From the NCBI GenBank assembly GCA_041496945.1, contig JBGQFO010000003.1, positions 16,415-80,414 on the forward strand: DNA of 64,000 nt. Reading direction: 5' to 3'. Under the pieces are notes generated by a model, which saw nothing but the letters and a program-made list of their open reading frames with translations, searched no databases and had not been told where the DNA came from. Shown in pieces: positions 56,536-64,000 of the stretch. Position numbers and translations under genes: made by a program. How positions within the stretch are numbered: the first letter of the stretch is position 1; the number at the start of each line of letters is the position of its first letter. The DNA is from Candidatus Limnocylindria bacterium. Its GTDB lineage: Bacteria; Chloroflexota; Limnocylindria; P2-11E.

Positions 56536-56772
56536 CTAGTAACGGACCCTTCGCGTTATGCGACCCCTCTTGAGGTCGTACGGACTGAGCTCGACCAACA
56601 CCTTGTCGCCCGGGACGACCCGGATGAAGTTCATCCGCATCTTCCCTGAGATATGCGCCAGCACCGAGTGACCGTTCTGGAGCTCGACCTTGAACATGGC
56701 GTTGGGGAGAGCCTCGGCGACGGTGCCCTCCACCTCGATCACGTCCTTCTTCGACGGCTTGCTACTCGCCAA
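56536..56772 (-). CDS. infA: Translation initiation factor IF-1
   Basis: Track ORF 56536..56805. Contains [48 protein letters not shown] 56772 has GGAG 5 nt upstream and gives a canonical length. ATG 56805 is the alternative start. Confidence 0.93.
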   Translation of the reverse strand: MASSKPSKKDVIEVEGTVAEALPNAMFKVELQNGHSVLAHISGKMRMNFIRVVPGDKVLVELSPYDLKRGRITRRVRY

Positions 56773-56822
56773 AAACGCTCCAGACACAGCGGACTCCGCG
56801 GCCACCGCGCACGGGAACCAAA

Positions 56823-56851
56823 ATTGTACCGAAAGCGTGCGCCTGCGTCCA
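56823..56851 (-). promoter_or_regulatory. Candidate sigma-70 promoter upstream of infA
   Basis: On the minus strand: TGGACG (56851-56846), 17 nt spacer, TACAAT (56828-56823). It sits in an unusually AT-rich patch of the map-infA gap. Confidence 0.4.
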
Positions 56852-56892
56852 CGTTTTGCTCATGCGGCGGCCGCTGAGGCCGGCAATCCCGG

Positions 56893-57678
56893 TCATGCGG
56901 CCACCGCTGCCGAACCCTCAGGGGCGGTCAGGACGATGGGGCCTTTGGCCGTGCACCACAGGGAATGCTCGAAATGGGCCGAGAGACTGCCGTCGGCGGT
57001 CACCACCGTCCAGCGGTCCTCGAGCGTCCGGGTCTGGGGGCCGCCGATGTTCACCATCGGCTCGATCGCGATGCAGAGGCCCTCCTCGATCTTCCGGCCG
57101 CGGTCCGCGACCCCGTAGTTGGGGACCTGCGGCTCCTCGTGCATCGCCCGGCCGATGCCGTGCCCGACGTAGTTCCGGACCACGCTGTAGCCCTGGCCCT
57201 CGACCCACTCCTGCACCGCCGCCCCGACGTCGCCGAGGCGCTTCCCCACCTGCGCCGTGGCGATCGCGCGCCGGAGGGCCTCCTCGGTCACCGCGATGAG
57301 CTTGGTCGCCTCGGGGGCGACCTTCCCGACCGGCACAGTGATCGCGGCGTCGGCGTGCCAGCCGTCGACGACCGCGCCGGCGTCGATGCTGAGGATCTCG
57401 CCCTCCTTGAGGCGGCGCTTCCCGGGGATCCCGTGGACGACCTGCTCGTTCACGCTCGTGCAGATCACGCCCGGGAACGGCGGGAGCACCGGGACGCCGT
57501 AACCCTTGAAGTTCGACGTCGCGCCGTGGCGCTTCAGGATCTCGGCCGCGATGCGATCAAGCTCGGCGGTGGTGACGCCCGGCTGGACCGCTCCGCGGCA
57601 CGCCGCGAGCATCTCGGCGACGATGCGCCCGGCCTCGCGCATCTTCGCGGTCTCCTCGGGTGTCTTGAGGGTGACCAT
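56893..57678 (-). CDS. map: Type I methionine aminopeptidase
   Basis: 261 aa. Contains ICTSVNEQVVHGIP...DAGAVVDGWHAD...GHGIGRAMHEEP. Confidence 0.96.
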   Translation of the reverse strand: MVTLKTPEETAKMREAGRIVAEMLAACRGAVQPGVTTAELDRIAAEILKRHGATSNFKGYGVPVLPPFPGVICTSVNEQVVHGIPGKRRLKEGEILSIDAGAVVDGWHADAAITVPVGKVAPEATKLIAVTEEALRRAIATAQVGKRLGDVGAAVQEWVEGQGYSVVRNYVGHGIGRAMHEEPQVPNYGVADRGRKIEEGLCIAIEPMVNIGGPQTRTLEDRWTVVTADGSLSAHFEHSLWCTAKGPIVLTAPEGSAAVAA

Positions 57679-58250
57679 CAGGCTTCCGCCGCCGCGCGCA
57701 CGCGCGAGCCGATCTCGTCGACGCTGCCGACGCCATCGACCGGACGCACGATGCCCTTCTTCCGGTAGTGCTCGACGACCGGGCGTGTCTGTTGCTCGTA
57801 TACGTCGAGCCGCTTGCCGATGACCTCGGGCGTGTCGTCGCTGCGTCCCTGATCCTTCGCGCGCTTGCCGAGCCGCGCGAAGAGCTCCTCGCGCGGGACG
57901 TCGATGAGCACCACGCCGTCGACGCGCCGCCCGAATTCGCGCAGGAGCGCGTCGAGCGCGTCGGCCTGCGCGACCGTGCGCGGGAAGCCGTCGAAGACGA
58001 TGCGCGTCGTGGCGGAGATCTCGCGCAGGCGCTGACGCACCATGTCCACGGTCACCGCGTCGGGCACGTACTCACCCTTGTCGATGTAGCGCTTCGCGGT
58101 CTGGCCGAGCTCGGTGCCGCGGCGGATGTGCTCGCGGAACAGCTCACCGGTCGAGAGCTGGACCCAGGCATGCTCGCGGACGAGGGTCTGCGCCTGCGTG
58201 CCCTTCCCCGAGCCTGGCGGACCCATGAAGACGAGATCGCCTCGACCCAC
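57678..58250 (-). CDS. adk: Adenylate kinase
   Basis: 190 aa. P-loop GPPGSGKGTQA, and contains FDGFPRTVAQA. Short-lid form with no zinc Cys motif. Confidence 0.96.
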   Translation of the reverse strand: MGRGDLVFMGPPGSGKGTQAQTLVREHAWVQLSTGELFREHIRRGTELGQTAKRYIDKGEYVPDAVTVDMVRQRLREISATTRIVFDGFPRTVAQADALDALLREFGRRVDGVVLIDVPREELFARLGKRAKDQGRSDDTPEVIGKRLDVYEQQTRPVVEHYRKKGIVRPVDGVGSVDEIGSRVRAAAEA

Positions 58251-59534
58251 CTAACGGATGAACCCCTCATAGGAGCGCTGGAGCAGCTGGGCCTCGAGCT
58301 GCTTCATCGTCTCGACCACGACGCCGACGACGATGAGGATGCTCGTGCCGCCGAGGCGCAGCGTCTGCACGCCGGTGATGTCACCGATGAGCGTCGGCAT
58401 GACCGCGACGATCCCGAGGAACAGCGCGCCGGCGATGGTGATGCGCGTCACGACGCGCTGGAGGAACTCCGCCGTCGGGCGACCCGGCCGGATGCCGGGG
58501 ATGAACCCGCCGTACCGCTTGATGTTCTCCGCCACGTCGTTCGGGATGAAGGTGAACGCCGTGTAGAAGAAGGTGAAGACCACCACCAGCAGGAAGTACA
58601 GGCTGTTGTAGAAGAGCGGATTCTGGAAGGCGCCCACGATCGCCAGCGAGGTGTTCTTCAGCCAGTCGGTGTCGGAGTTCGTGAAGTACTGCGCCACCTG
58701 GGAAGGCAGCAGCAGGATCGAGATCGCGAAGATGATCGGGATCACGCCGGCGCTGTTCACGCGGAGCGGGATGAAGGTGCTGCCACCGGAGTACATCCTT
58801 GTGCCGCGCACGCGCTTCGCGTACTGCACCGGGATCCGGCGCTGGCCCTCCTGGATGAAGATGATCGCGCCGATGACGAAGATGGCGATGACCGTGATCG
58901 CCGCGAGCGCGAAGAAGTTCGATTGGACCTCGAGGGTCTGCGACACCGTCGTCGGCAGCCGGCCCACGATGCCCGCGAAGATGATGAACGAGATTCCGTT
59001 GCCGATGCCCCGCTCGCTGATGAGCTCGCCGAGCCACATGAGGATGAGCGTGCCGGCGGTGAGCGACGCGAGGATCGTGATCGTCAGCGCGAGATCCGAC
59101 GGGCCGAAGTTCGGCAGGACGCCCGAGCGCTGCATGAAGACCGCGACCCCGATGCCCTGAAGGAGCGCCAGCGGCACGGTCAGCACGCGGGTGTACTGGT
59201 TGATCTTGTTGCGCCCGTACTCGCCCTCCTTCGAGAGGTTCTCGAGCGCGGGGATGGTCTGGTTGAGGAGGGTCATGATGATCGAGGCGTTGATGTAGGG
59301 GTTCACGCCGAGCGCGACCACCGAGAGGCGCGCGAGGCCGCCACCCGAGAAGAGGTCGAGTAGGTTCAGCAGCTGGCTTCCGGCCAGCACGTTCTGCAGC
59401 TGGGCCTGGTCGACACCGGGGAGCGGGACGTGCGCCAGGAACCGGAACACGACCAGCATCCCGAGGGTGAAAAGGATCTTGTTGCGCAGGTCGGGCGTGC
59501 GGAACGCCTCGAGCAGCGCGGAGAACATCCCCAC
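58251..59534 (-). CDS. secY: Preprotein translocase subunit SecY
   Basis: 427 aa, 10 TM segments. Contains LGVNPYINASII and GGFIPGIRPGRPT. Confidence 0.97.
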   Translation of the reverse strand: MGMFSALLEAFRTPDLRNKILFTLGMLVVFRFLAHVPLPGVDQAQLQNVLAGSQLLNLLDLFSGGGLARLSVVALGVNPYINASIIMTLLNQTIPALENLSKEGEYGRNKINQYTRVLTVPLALLQGIGVAVFMQRSGVLPNFGPSDLALTITILASLTAGTLILMWLGELISERGIGNGISFIIFAGIVGRLPTTVSQTLEVQSNFFALAAITVIAIFVIGAIIFIQEGQRRIPVQYAKRVRGTRMYSGGSTFIPLRVNSAGVIPIIFAISILLLPSQVAQYFTNSDTDWLKNTSLAIVGAFQNPLFYNSLYFLLVVVFTFFYTAFTFIPNDVAENIKRYGGFIPGIRPGRPTAEFLQRVVTRITIAGALFLGIVAVMPTLIGDITGVQTLRLGGTSILIVVGVVVETMKQLEAQLLQRSYEGFIR

Positions 59535-59540
59535 TTCGAT

Positions 59541-59984
59541 CTATCCGATCAGCACGATGGAGCCGCCGGCGGCCTCGATCTTCTGGCGCGCGGCCGCCGA
59601 CGCGGCGTGGGCGTGCACCTCGAACTTGCCGCCCACCTCGCCGTTCGAGAGGATCTTGATCTTCGCGTCGGCATTGATGAGACCCTTCGCGGCGAGCGTC
59701 GCGGGCGTGACCTTGCCATCGACCGCGGCGGCCTTGAGGCGATCCACGTTCACGGCGACGAACGCTTTGCGGAAACGGTTCTTGAAGCCGCGCATCTTCG
59801 GGATGCGCATGTGGATCGGCGTCTGCCCACCCTCGAACCAGCCCGGCAGCCCGGGGCCGGTGCGCGCGAGCTGACCCTTCGTCCCGCGACCCGCGGTCTT
59901 TCCCTGGCCGGAGCTGATGCCGCGGCCGAGACGGCGGACCGCTTTGCGAGCGCCGTAGGGCGCATGCATCTGGTGCTGCCTCAA
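59541..59984 (-). CDS. rplO: 50S ribosomal protein L15
   Basis: Part of track ORF 59541..60269. Contains GARKAVRRLGRGISSGQGKTAGRGTKGQ. TTG 59984 (a TTGA overlap with the rpmD stop) gives a canonical N-terminus. ATG 59969 is the alternative start. Confidence 0.94.
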   Translation of the reverse strand: MRQHQMHAPYGARKAVRRLGRGISSGQGKTAGRGTKGQLARTGPGLPGWFEGGQTPIHMRIPKMRGFKNRFRKAFVAVNVDRLKAAAVDGKVTPATLAAKGLINADAKIKILSNGEVGGKFEVHAHAASAAARQKIEAAGGSIVLIG

Positions 59985-60214
59985 CTGACCTTCTCCTTGA
60001 TCGCGATGGTCGGGTCCTTCACTGGCGGCGCTTTGGCGGGCTCCTCGATGCGGACGAGATGCGCGACCCTCCGCAGCTGACCGCGCAGGGTCGCACTGTC
60101 CTCGCGCTCCACGACGTTGCCCGGGCGCCGCAGGCCGAGCGACTCGAGCGTCTGCTGCGCGGCGTGCTTCTCGCCGATCGCGCTCTTGTGCTGCCGGATG
60201 ATGAGCTTGCTCAC
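59981..60214 (-). CDS. rpmD: 50S ribosomal protein L30
   Basis: 77 aa. Contains [26 protein letters not shown]. Confidence 0.95.
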   Translation of the reverse strand: MSKLIIRQHKSAIGEKHAAQQTLESLGLRRPGNVVEREDSATLRGQLRRVAHLVRIEEPAKAPPVKDPTIAIKEKVS

Positions 60215-60738
60215 GTGCTCGCCAGCGCTTCCGCGGGCTCGGCCTTCTTCTTGCCGACCTGGATGCCACGCATCTCGCTGATCTGCTCCGCGGAGCGCAG
60301 CGAGCGCAGCGCGGCCATCGTCGCCCAGACGACGTTCACCGGGTTCGTGCTGCCGAGCGACTTCGAGAGGATGTCGCTGATCCCGGCCGACTCGACGACC
60401 GCGCGGACGGAGCCGCCGGCGATGACGCCGGTGCCCTTCGACGCCGGCCGCAGGAGGACCTTCGCCGCGCCGAAATCGGCGGTCACCGGGTGCGGGATGG
60501 TCCGGTCGACGAGCGGCACGCGGATGATGTGCTTCTTCGCGTCCTCGATTCCCTTCTTGATGGCATCGGGCACCTCATCGGCCTTCCCCAGGCCCGCGCC
60601 GACATGACCGCGCCCGTCGCCGACCACGACGATGGCCGAGAAGCTGAAGCGACGGCCACCCTTCACGACCTTCGACACGCGGTTGATCTGCACGACCCGC
60701 TCGGTGATCTCGAGACGATTCGCATCGATACGTGGCAT
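60211..60738 (-). CDS. rpsE: 30S ribosomal protein S5
   Basis: 175 aa. Contains [30 protein letters not shown]. Confidence 0.97.
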   Translation of the reverse strand: MPRIDANRLEITERVVQINRVSKVVKGGRRFSFSAIVVVGDGRGHVGAGLGKADEVPDAIKKGIEDAKKHIIRVPLVDRTIPHPVTADFGAAKVLLRPASKGTGVIAGGSVRAVVESAGISDILSKSLGSTNPVNVVWATMAALRSLRSAEQISEMRGIQVGKKKAEPAEALAST

Positions 60739-61094
60739 CAGACCTTGACCCCCGCGGCGCGGACGCCTTCCGCCAGCGCCTTCACTCGTCCGTGGTAGCG
60801 ATACCCGCCGCGATCGAAGACGACCTCGTTGATGCCGGCCTTCTTCGCCCGCTCGCCGAGCGTCGCGCCCACGGCCTTCGCGCGCTCGGACTTCTTGCTC
60901 TTGCTGTCCTTTGTATCCAGGCTCGATGCGGCCGCCAGCGTCCGGCCAGCGTCGTCATCGATGAGCTGCCCGTAGATCTGGGCCAGGGAGCGGTAGACGG
61001 CCAGGCGCGGACGCGCCGCGGTGCCGCGCACTTTCTCGCGCACGCGCGCGTGGCGGCGGACGCGGCCGATCTCGCGACTCTTTCCCGTGGTCAT
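60738..61094 (-). CDS. rplR: 50S ribosomal protein L18
   Basis: 118 aa. Contains [20 protein letters not shown] and [18 protein letters not shown]. Confidence 0.97.
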   Translation of the reverse strand: MTTGKSREIGRVRRHARVREKVRGTAARPRLAVYRSLAQIYGQLIDDDAGRTLAAASSLDTKDSKSKKSERAKAVGATLGERAKKAGINEVVFDRGGYRYHGRVKALAEGVRAAGVKV

Positions 61095-61107
61095 GGTGTC
61101 TTCTCCC

Positions 61108-61659
61108 CTACGCCTTCGCGCCGACCTTGCCAGCCTTGCCGGCCTTCTTCCGCAGGATCTCTCCGGCGTACTTGATGCCCTTGTGCTTGTACGGGTCGGG
61201 CACGCGCAGACCCTTGATCTTCGCAGCCATCTCCCCGACCGCCTGCTTGTCGATGCCCGACACGCGCAGCTTCTGCGGCGTCTCGGCGACGAAGGTGATG
61301 CCCTGCGGCGGATCGATCTCGATCGGATGGCTGAAGCCGAGCGAGAGCTGCAGCTTCTTGCCCTGGATGATCGCGCGGAAGCCGGTGCCCGAGATCTCGA
61401 GATCGCGGGCGTAGCCGGCCGTGACGCCGATGACCATGTTCGCGATGAGCGCGCGCGTCAGCCCGTGCAGGGCGCGCGTCGCTTTCTCGTCGTCCTTGCG
61501 GGCGACCTCGATCGTCCCGTCCACGCGCTTCAGGCTCACGTTCGGGTGGAACGTCTGGACGAGCTCGCCCTTGGGGCCCTTCACCCGGAGGGTGTGGTCC
61601 TCGATCGCCACGTCCACGCCCTGCGGGATCTTCACCGGCAGCCGACCGATCCGACTCAT
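61108..61659 (-). CDS. rplF: 50S ribosomal protein L6
   Basis: 183 aa. Starts [17 protein letters not shown] and contains [11 protein letters not shown]. Confidence 0.97.
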   Translation of the reverse strand: MSRIGRLPVKIPQGVDVAIEDHTLRVKGPKGELVQTFHPNVSLKRVDGTIEVARKDDEKATRALHGLTRALIANMVIGVTAGYARDLEISGTGFRAIIQGKKLQLSLGFSHPIEIDPPQGITFVAETPQKLRVSGIDKQAVGEMAAKIKGLRVPDPYKHKGIKYAGEILRKKAGKAGKVGAKA

Positions 61660-61691
61660 CTCTTATCTACCAAACCTGTTCTGCATGTCTG

Positions 61692-62204
61692 TCACCAGAT
61701 ATAGGCGAGGACTTCCCCGCCCAATCCTTTGCGCTCGGCCTGGCGGCCGGTCATGAGACCGGACGAGGTCGAGACGATCGCGATGCCGAGCCCGCCGAGG
61801 ACGCGTGGCATCTCGGTCTTGCGCGCGTAGACGCGCAGACCGGGCTTGCTGATGCGGCGCAGGCCGGACACGGCCGGGACCTTGCCGCCGATGTACTTCA
61901 TCTTCAGCACGAGCTCGCGGGCCGAGGGCTGCTCGAACGCGGAGATGAAGCCCTCGCTCTTGAGGATCTTCGCGATCTCGACCTTCGTCCGCGACGTGGG
62001 CATGGTCACGCTCTCGTGGCGGGCGCCCGCGGCGTTGCGCACGCGCGTGAGCATGTCGCCGACCGGATCGTTCGGCACGCCGATGACGCGCGGGCGCGGC
62101 TTGCGCGTCGACGGGACGCGCTTGGGCGCGACGCGCTCGGTGCGCTCACCCTCAGCGGGTGCCGGGGTCGGGATCGGGGTCGTGCTCGTCGTCTCTTCCG
62201 TCAT
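61692..62204 (-). CDS. rpsH: 30S ribosomal protein S8 (possible 42-aa N-terminal extension)
   Basis: 170-aa track ORF. The canonical S8 core starts at GTG 62078 ([16 protein letters not shown]). ATG 62204 has GAGGA upstream and lies 7 nt after the S14 stop. Confidence 0.93.
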   Translation of the reverse strand: MTEETTSTTPIPTPAPAEGERTERVAPKRVPSTRKPRPRVIGVPNDPVGDMLTRVRNAAGARHESVTMPTSRTKVEIAKILKSEGFISAFEQPSARELVLKMKYIGGKVPAVSGLRRISKPGLRVYARKTEMPRVLGGLGIAIVSTSSGLMTGRQAERKGLGGEVLAYIW

Positions 62205-62211
62205 CTCGTCC

Positions 62212-62397
62212 TCACCAGCTCGACTTTGTCACGCCGGGCAGCTCGCCCATGAGCGCGCGCTCGCGGAAGCAGATCCGGCACAGGCCGAACTTCCGCATGT
62301 AGCCGCGCGGACGTCCGCATACCTGGCAGCGGTGGTACCCCTGCACCTTGAACTTCGGCGTGCGCTGCGACTTCAGGATCAGGCTCTTCTTCGCCAT
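62212..62397 (-). CDS. rpsN: 30S ribosomal protein S14, type Z (zinc-binding)
   Basis: 61 aa. Contains [23 protein letters not shown]. Confidence 0.96.
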   Translation of the reverse strand: MAKKSLILKSQRTPKFKVQGYHRCQVCGRPRGYMRKFGLCRICFRERALMGELPGVTKSSW

Positions 62398-62961
62398 CTA
62401 GCTCCCCTGCGCCTTCTGCTGGAACGGCATGCCGAGGCTCTTCAGCAGAGCGCGCGCCTCTTCATCCGTCTTCGCGGTCGTGACGATGGTGATCTCCATG
62501 CCACGCAGTCGATCGATCTTGTCGTACTCGATCTCCGGGAACACGAGCTGCTCCTTGAGGCCGAGCGAGAAGTTGCCGCGCCCATCGAACGAGCGGTCCG
62601 GCAGGCCCTGGAAGTCGCGGATGCGCGGGAGCGCCACGGTCACGAGCTTCTCGTAGAAGTGCCACATGCGCTCGCCGCGGAGCGTGACCTTGATGCCGAT
62701 GGGCATCCCGATGCGCAGCTTGAAGTTCGAGATCGCCTTGCGCGACTTCGTGATGATCGGGCGCTGGCCGGTGATGAGCGCGATGTCGTTCGCCGCGGCG
62801 TCCATCGCCTTCCCGTTGCCGATGGACTCGCCCATGCCGATGTTCACGACGATCTTCTCCAGGCGCGGGATGCGCATGACGTTGTCGTATGAGAACTGCT
62901 TGCGCAGCTCCTCGCGGACGGCGGTGTCGTAATGCTGCTTCATCGCGCTCGCGATCGGCAT
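62398..62961 (-). CDS. rplE: 50S ribosomal protein L5
   Basis: Track ORF 62398..63072, with start at internal ATG 62961, which overlaps the rplX stop by 1 nt. Contains [15 protein letters not shown]. Confidence 0.96.
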   Translation of the reverse strand: MPIASAMKQHYDTAVREELRKQFSYDNVMRIPRLEKIVVNIGMGESIGNGKAMDAAANDIALITGQRPIITKSRKAISNFKLRIGMPIGIKVTLRGERMWHFYEKLVTVALPRIRDFQGLPDRSFDGRGNFSLGLKEQLVFPEIEYDKIDRLRGMEITIVTTAKTDEEARALLKSLGMPFQQKAQGS

Positions 62962-63299
62962 CAGGGCTTCTCCTCCACAACGATCGCCTCGCCGCAGCGC
63001 TTGCAGAGCCGCTCCTTGCTGTCCTCGTCGATCCGGCGAGCGACACGCGTGGGCTTCCCGCAGTGCGGGCACACGACCATGACCTTGCCCAGTGACATCG
63101 GCATGGGCTGGTCGATGATCCCGCCCTTGTTGTTCTTCGAGGGGTTCGGCTTCGTGTGGCGCTTCGCCACGTTCACCCCGGCCACGACCACGCTCATGTC
63201 GGCCCGCCGCACCTCTTGGACGCGCCCGCGCTTGCCGCGGTCCTTGCCGGCGATGACCTGGACCTCGTCGCCCTTGCGGATCTTCAGATTGATGGACAT
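62961..63299 (-). CDS. rplX: 50S ribosomal protein L24 (with CxxC...CxxC zinc-ribbon variant C-terminus)
   Basis: 112 aa. Contains [22 protein letters not shown]. The C-terminal part carries [10 protein letters not shown]...CKRCGEAI. Confidence 0.96.
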   Translation of the reverse strand: MSINLKIRKGDEVQVIAGKDRGKRGRVQEVRRADMSVVVAGVNVAKRHTKPNPSKNNKGGIIDQPMPMSLGKVMVVCPHCGKPTRVARRIDEDSKERLCKRCGEAIVVEEKP

Positions 63300-63668
63300 C
63301 TAGAGGACCTCCGGGGCCAGCGACACGATCTTCATGAAGCCCTTGTCACGCAGCTCTCGTGCCACCGGCCCGAAGATGCGCGTGCCGCGCGGCTGGTTCT
63401 GCGGGTTCAGCAGCACGGCCGCGTTGTCGTCGAAACGGATGAGCGAGCCGTCGCTGCGCTGGTATTCCTTCGTCTGGCGGACGACCACCGCGCGCACGAC
63501 CTCGCCCTTCTTCGCGCCCGAGTTCGGGATGGCGTTCTTCACCGTCGCGATGAACACGTCGCCGATCCCCGCGGGGCTGCCCGTGGACGTGCCAAGCACG
63601 CGGATCACGGAGAGCTCGCGCGCTCCGCTGTTGTCCGCCACCCGGACCCGCGTGTACGGCCGGATCAC
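63300..63668 (-). CDS. rplN: 50S ribosomal protein L14
   Basis: 122 aa. Starts [18 protein letters not shown]. Confidence 0.97.
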   Translation of the reverse strand: MIRPYTRVRVADNSGARELSVIRVLGTSTGSPAGIGDVFIATVKNAIPNSGAKKGEVVRAVVVRQTKEYQRSDGSLIRFDDNAAVLLNPQNQPRGTRIFGPVARELRDKGFMKIVSLAPEVL

Positions 63669-64000
63669 TTCTCGGCCTCCTCGCCTTCGTCGGCCTTCGC
63701 CCCGACCGAGAGGAGCTCGGAGACGCCCTCGGCCTGCTCGAGCTGCTTCTCGATGTCCTCGGGGCGCGGGGCGGCGGCGCCGGCCTCGCCGGTGCGCGAC
63801 AGGACCTCGACCACCAGCCAGCGCTTCGTCGCGCTGTACGGGCGGCTCTCCTGGATGCGCACGAGGTCACCCTCGCGCACGTCGCCGGCCTCGTCGTGAG
63901 CGGCGAAGCCCTTCCGCAGATTGATCACCTTCTTGTACAGCGGGTGCTTGCGCATGCGGCCGACGGTGACGATGACGGTCTTCGGCTGCTTCGCCGAGAT
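63665..64000 (-). CDS. rpsQ: 30S ribosomal protein S17, 5' partial (runs off the window), with acidic C-terminal extension
   Basis: The frame is open to position 64000 ([25 protein letters not shown]...). The core is followed by about 40 extra residues rich in E/A ([12 protein letters not shown]...ADEGEEAEK). Confidence 0.93.
   Translation of the reverse strand: MSAKQPKTVIVTVGRMRKHPLYKKVINLRKGFAAHDEAGDVREGDLVRIQESRPYSATKRWLVVEVLSRTGEAGAAAPRPEDIEKQLEQAEGVSELLSVGAKADEGEEAEK

Overview
Very GC-rich, gene-dense bacterial chromosome segment with Actinomycetota-like synteny (dgt-dnaG-rpoD; rpfB-like-rsmA-ispE; spc/alpha ribosomal operons). All family calls come from reading the ORF translations and motifs by eye; no searches were run. 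About 80% is housekeeping. From 64000 down to 33900 there is a nearly gap-free minus-strand array: ribosomal proteins S17 to L13/S9, secY-adk-map-infA, rpoA, truA, then TPR-cdaA-cdaR-glmM-glmS-acpS-nnr-alr, a lipoprotein metalloprotease, galU, rpfB-like, rsmA, ispE, tRNA-Gln, glmU, corC and cdd. The rest holds glyQS, recO, ppdK, rpoD, dnaG, two small catabolic operons, a DsbA/VKOR pair and tRNA-Asn. No rRNA, CRISPR array, transposase or integrase was seen. Four things stand out. (1) A tightly coupled 5-gene operon (27978-32938) encodes a Tat-exported NrfC-like polyferredoxin and an NrfD-like membrane subunit. It has no catalytic or haem subunit, and it also encodes three exported proteins of unknown function; an orphan response regulator lies next to it. 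(2) A lower-GC Phd/YefM-RelE toxin-antitoxin module sits between dgt and dnaG, with TGTACA operator palindromes and a toxin stop codon that overlaps the dnaG start. (3) A CMD/AhpD-like gene at the window edge has an in-frame TGA at the second Cys of its CxxC motif, followed by a SECIS-like hairpin. (4) Several genes have conserved N-termini that lie upstream of any ATG/GTG/TTG, each with an in-frame CTG at the gene junction.
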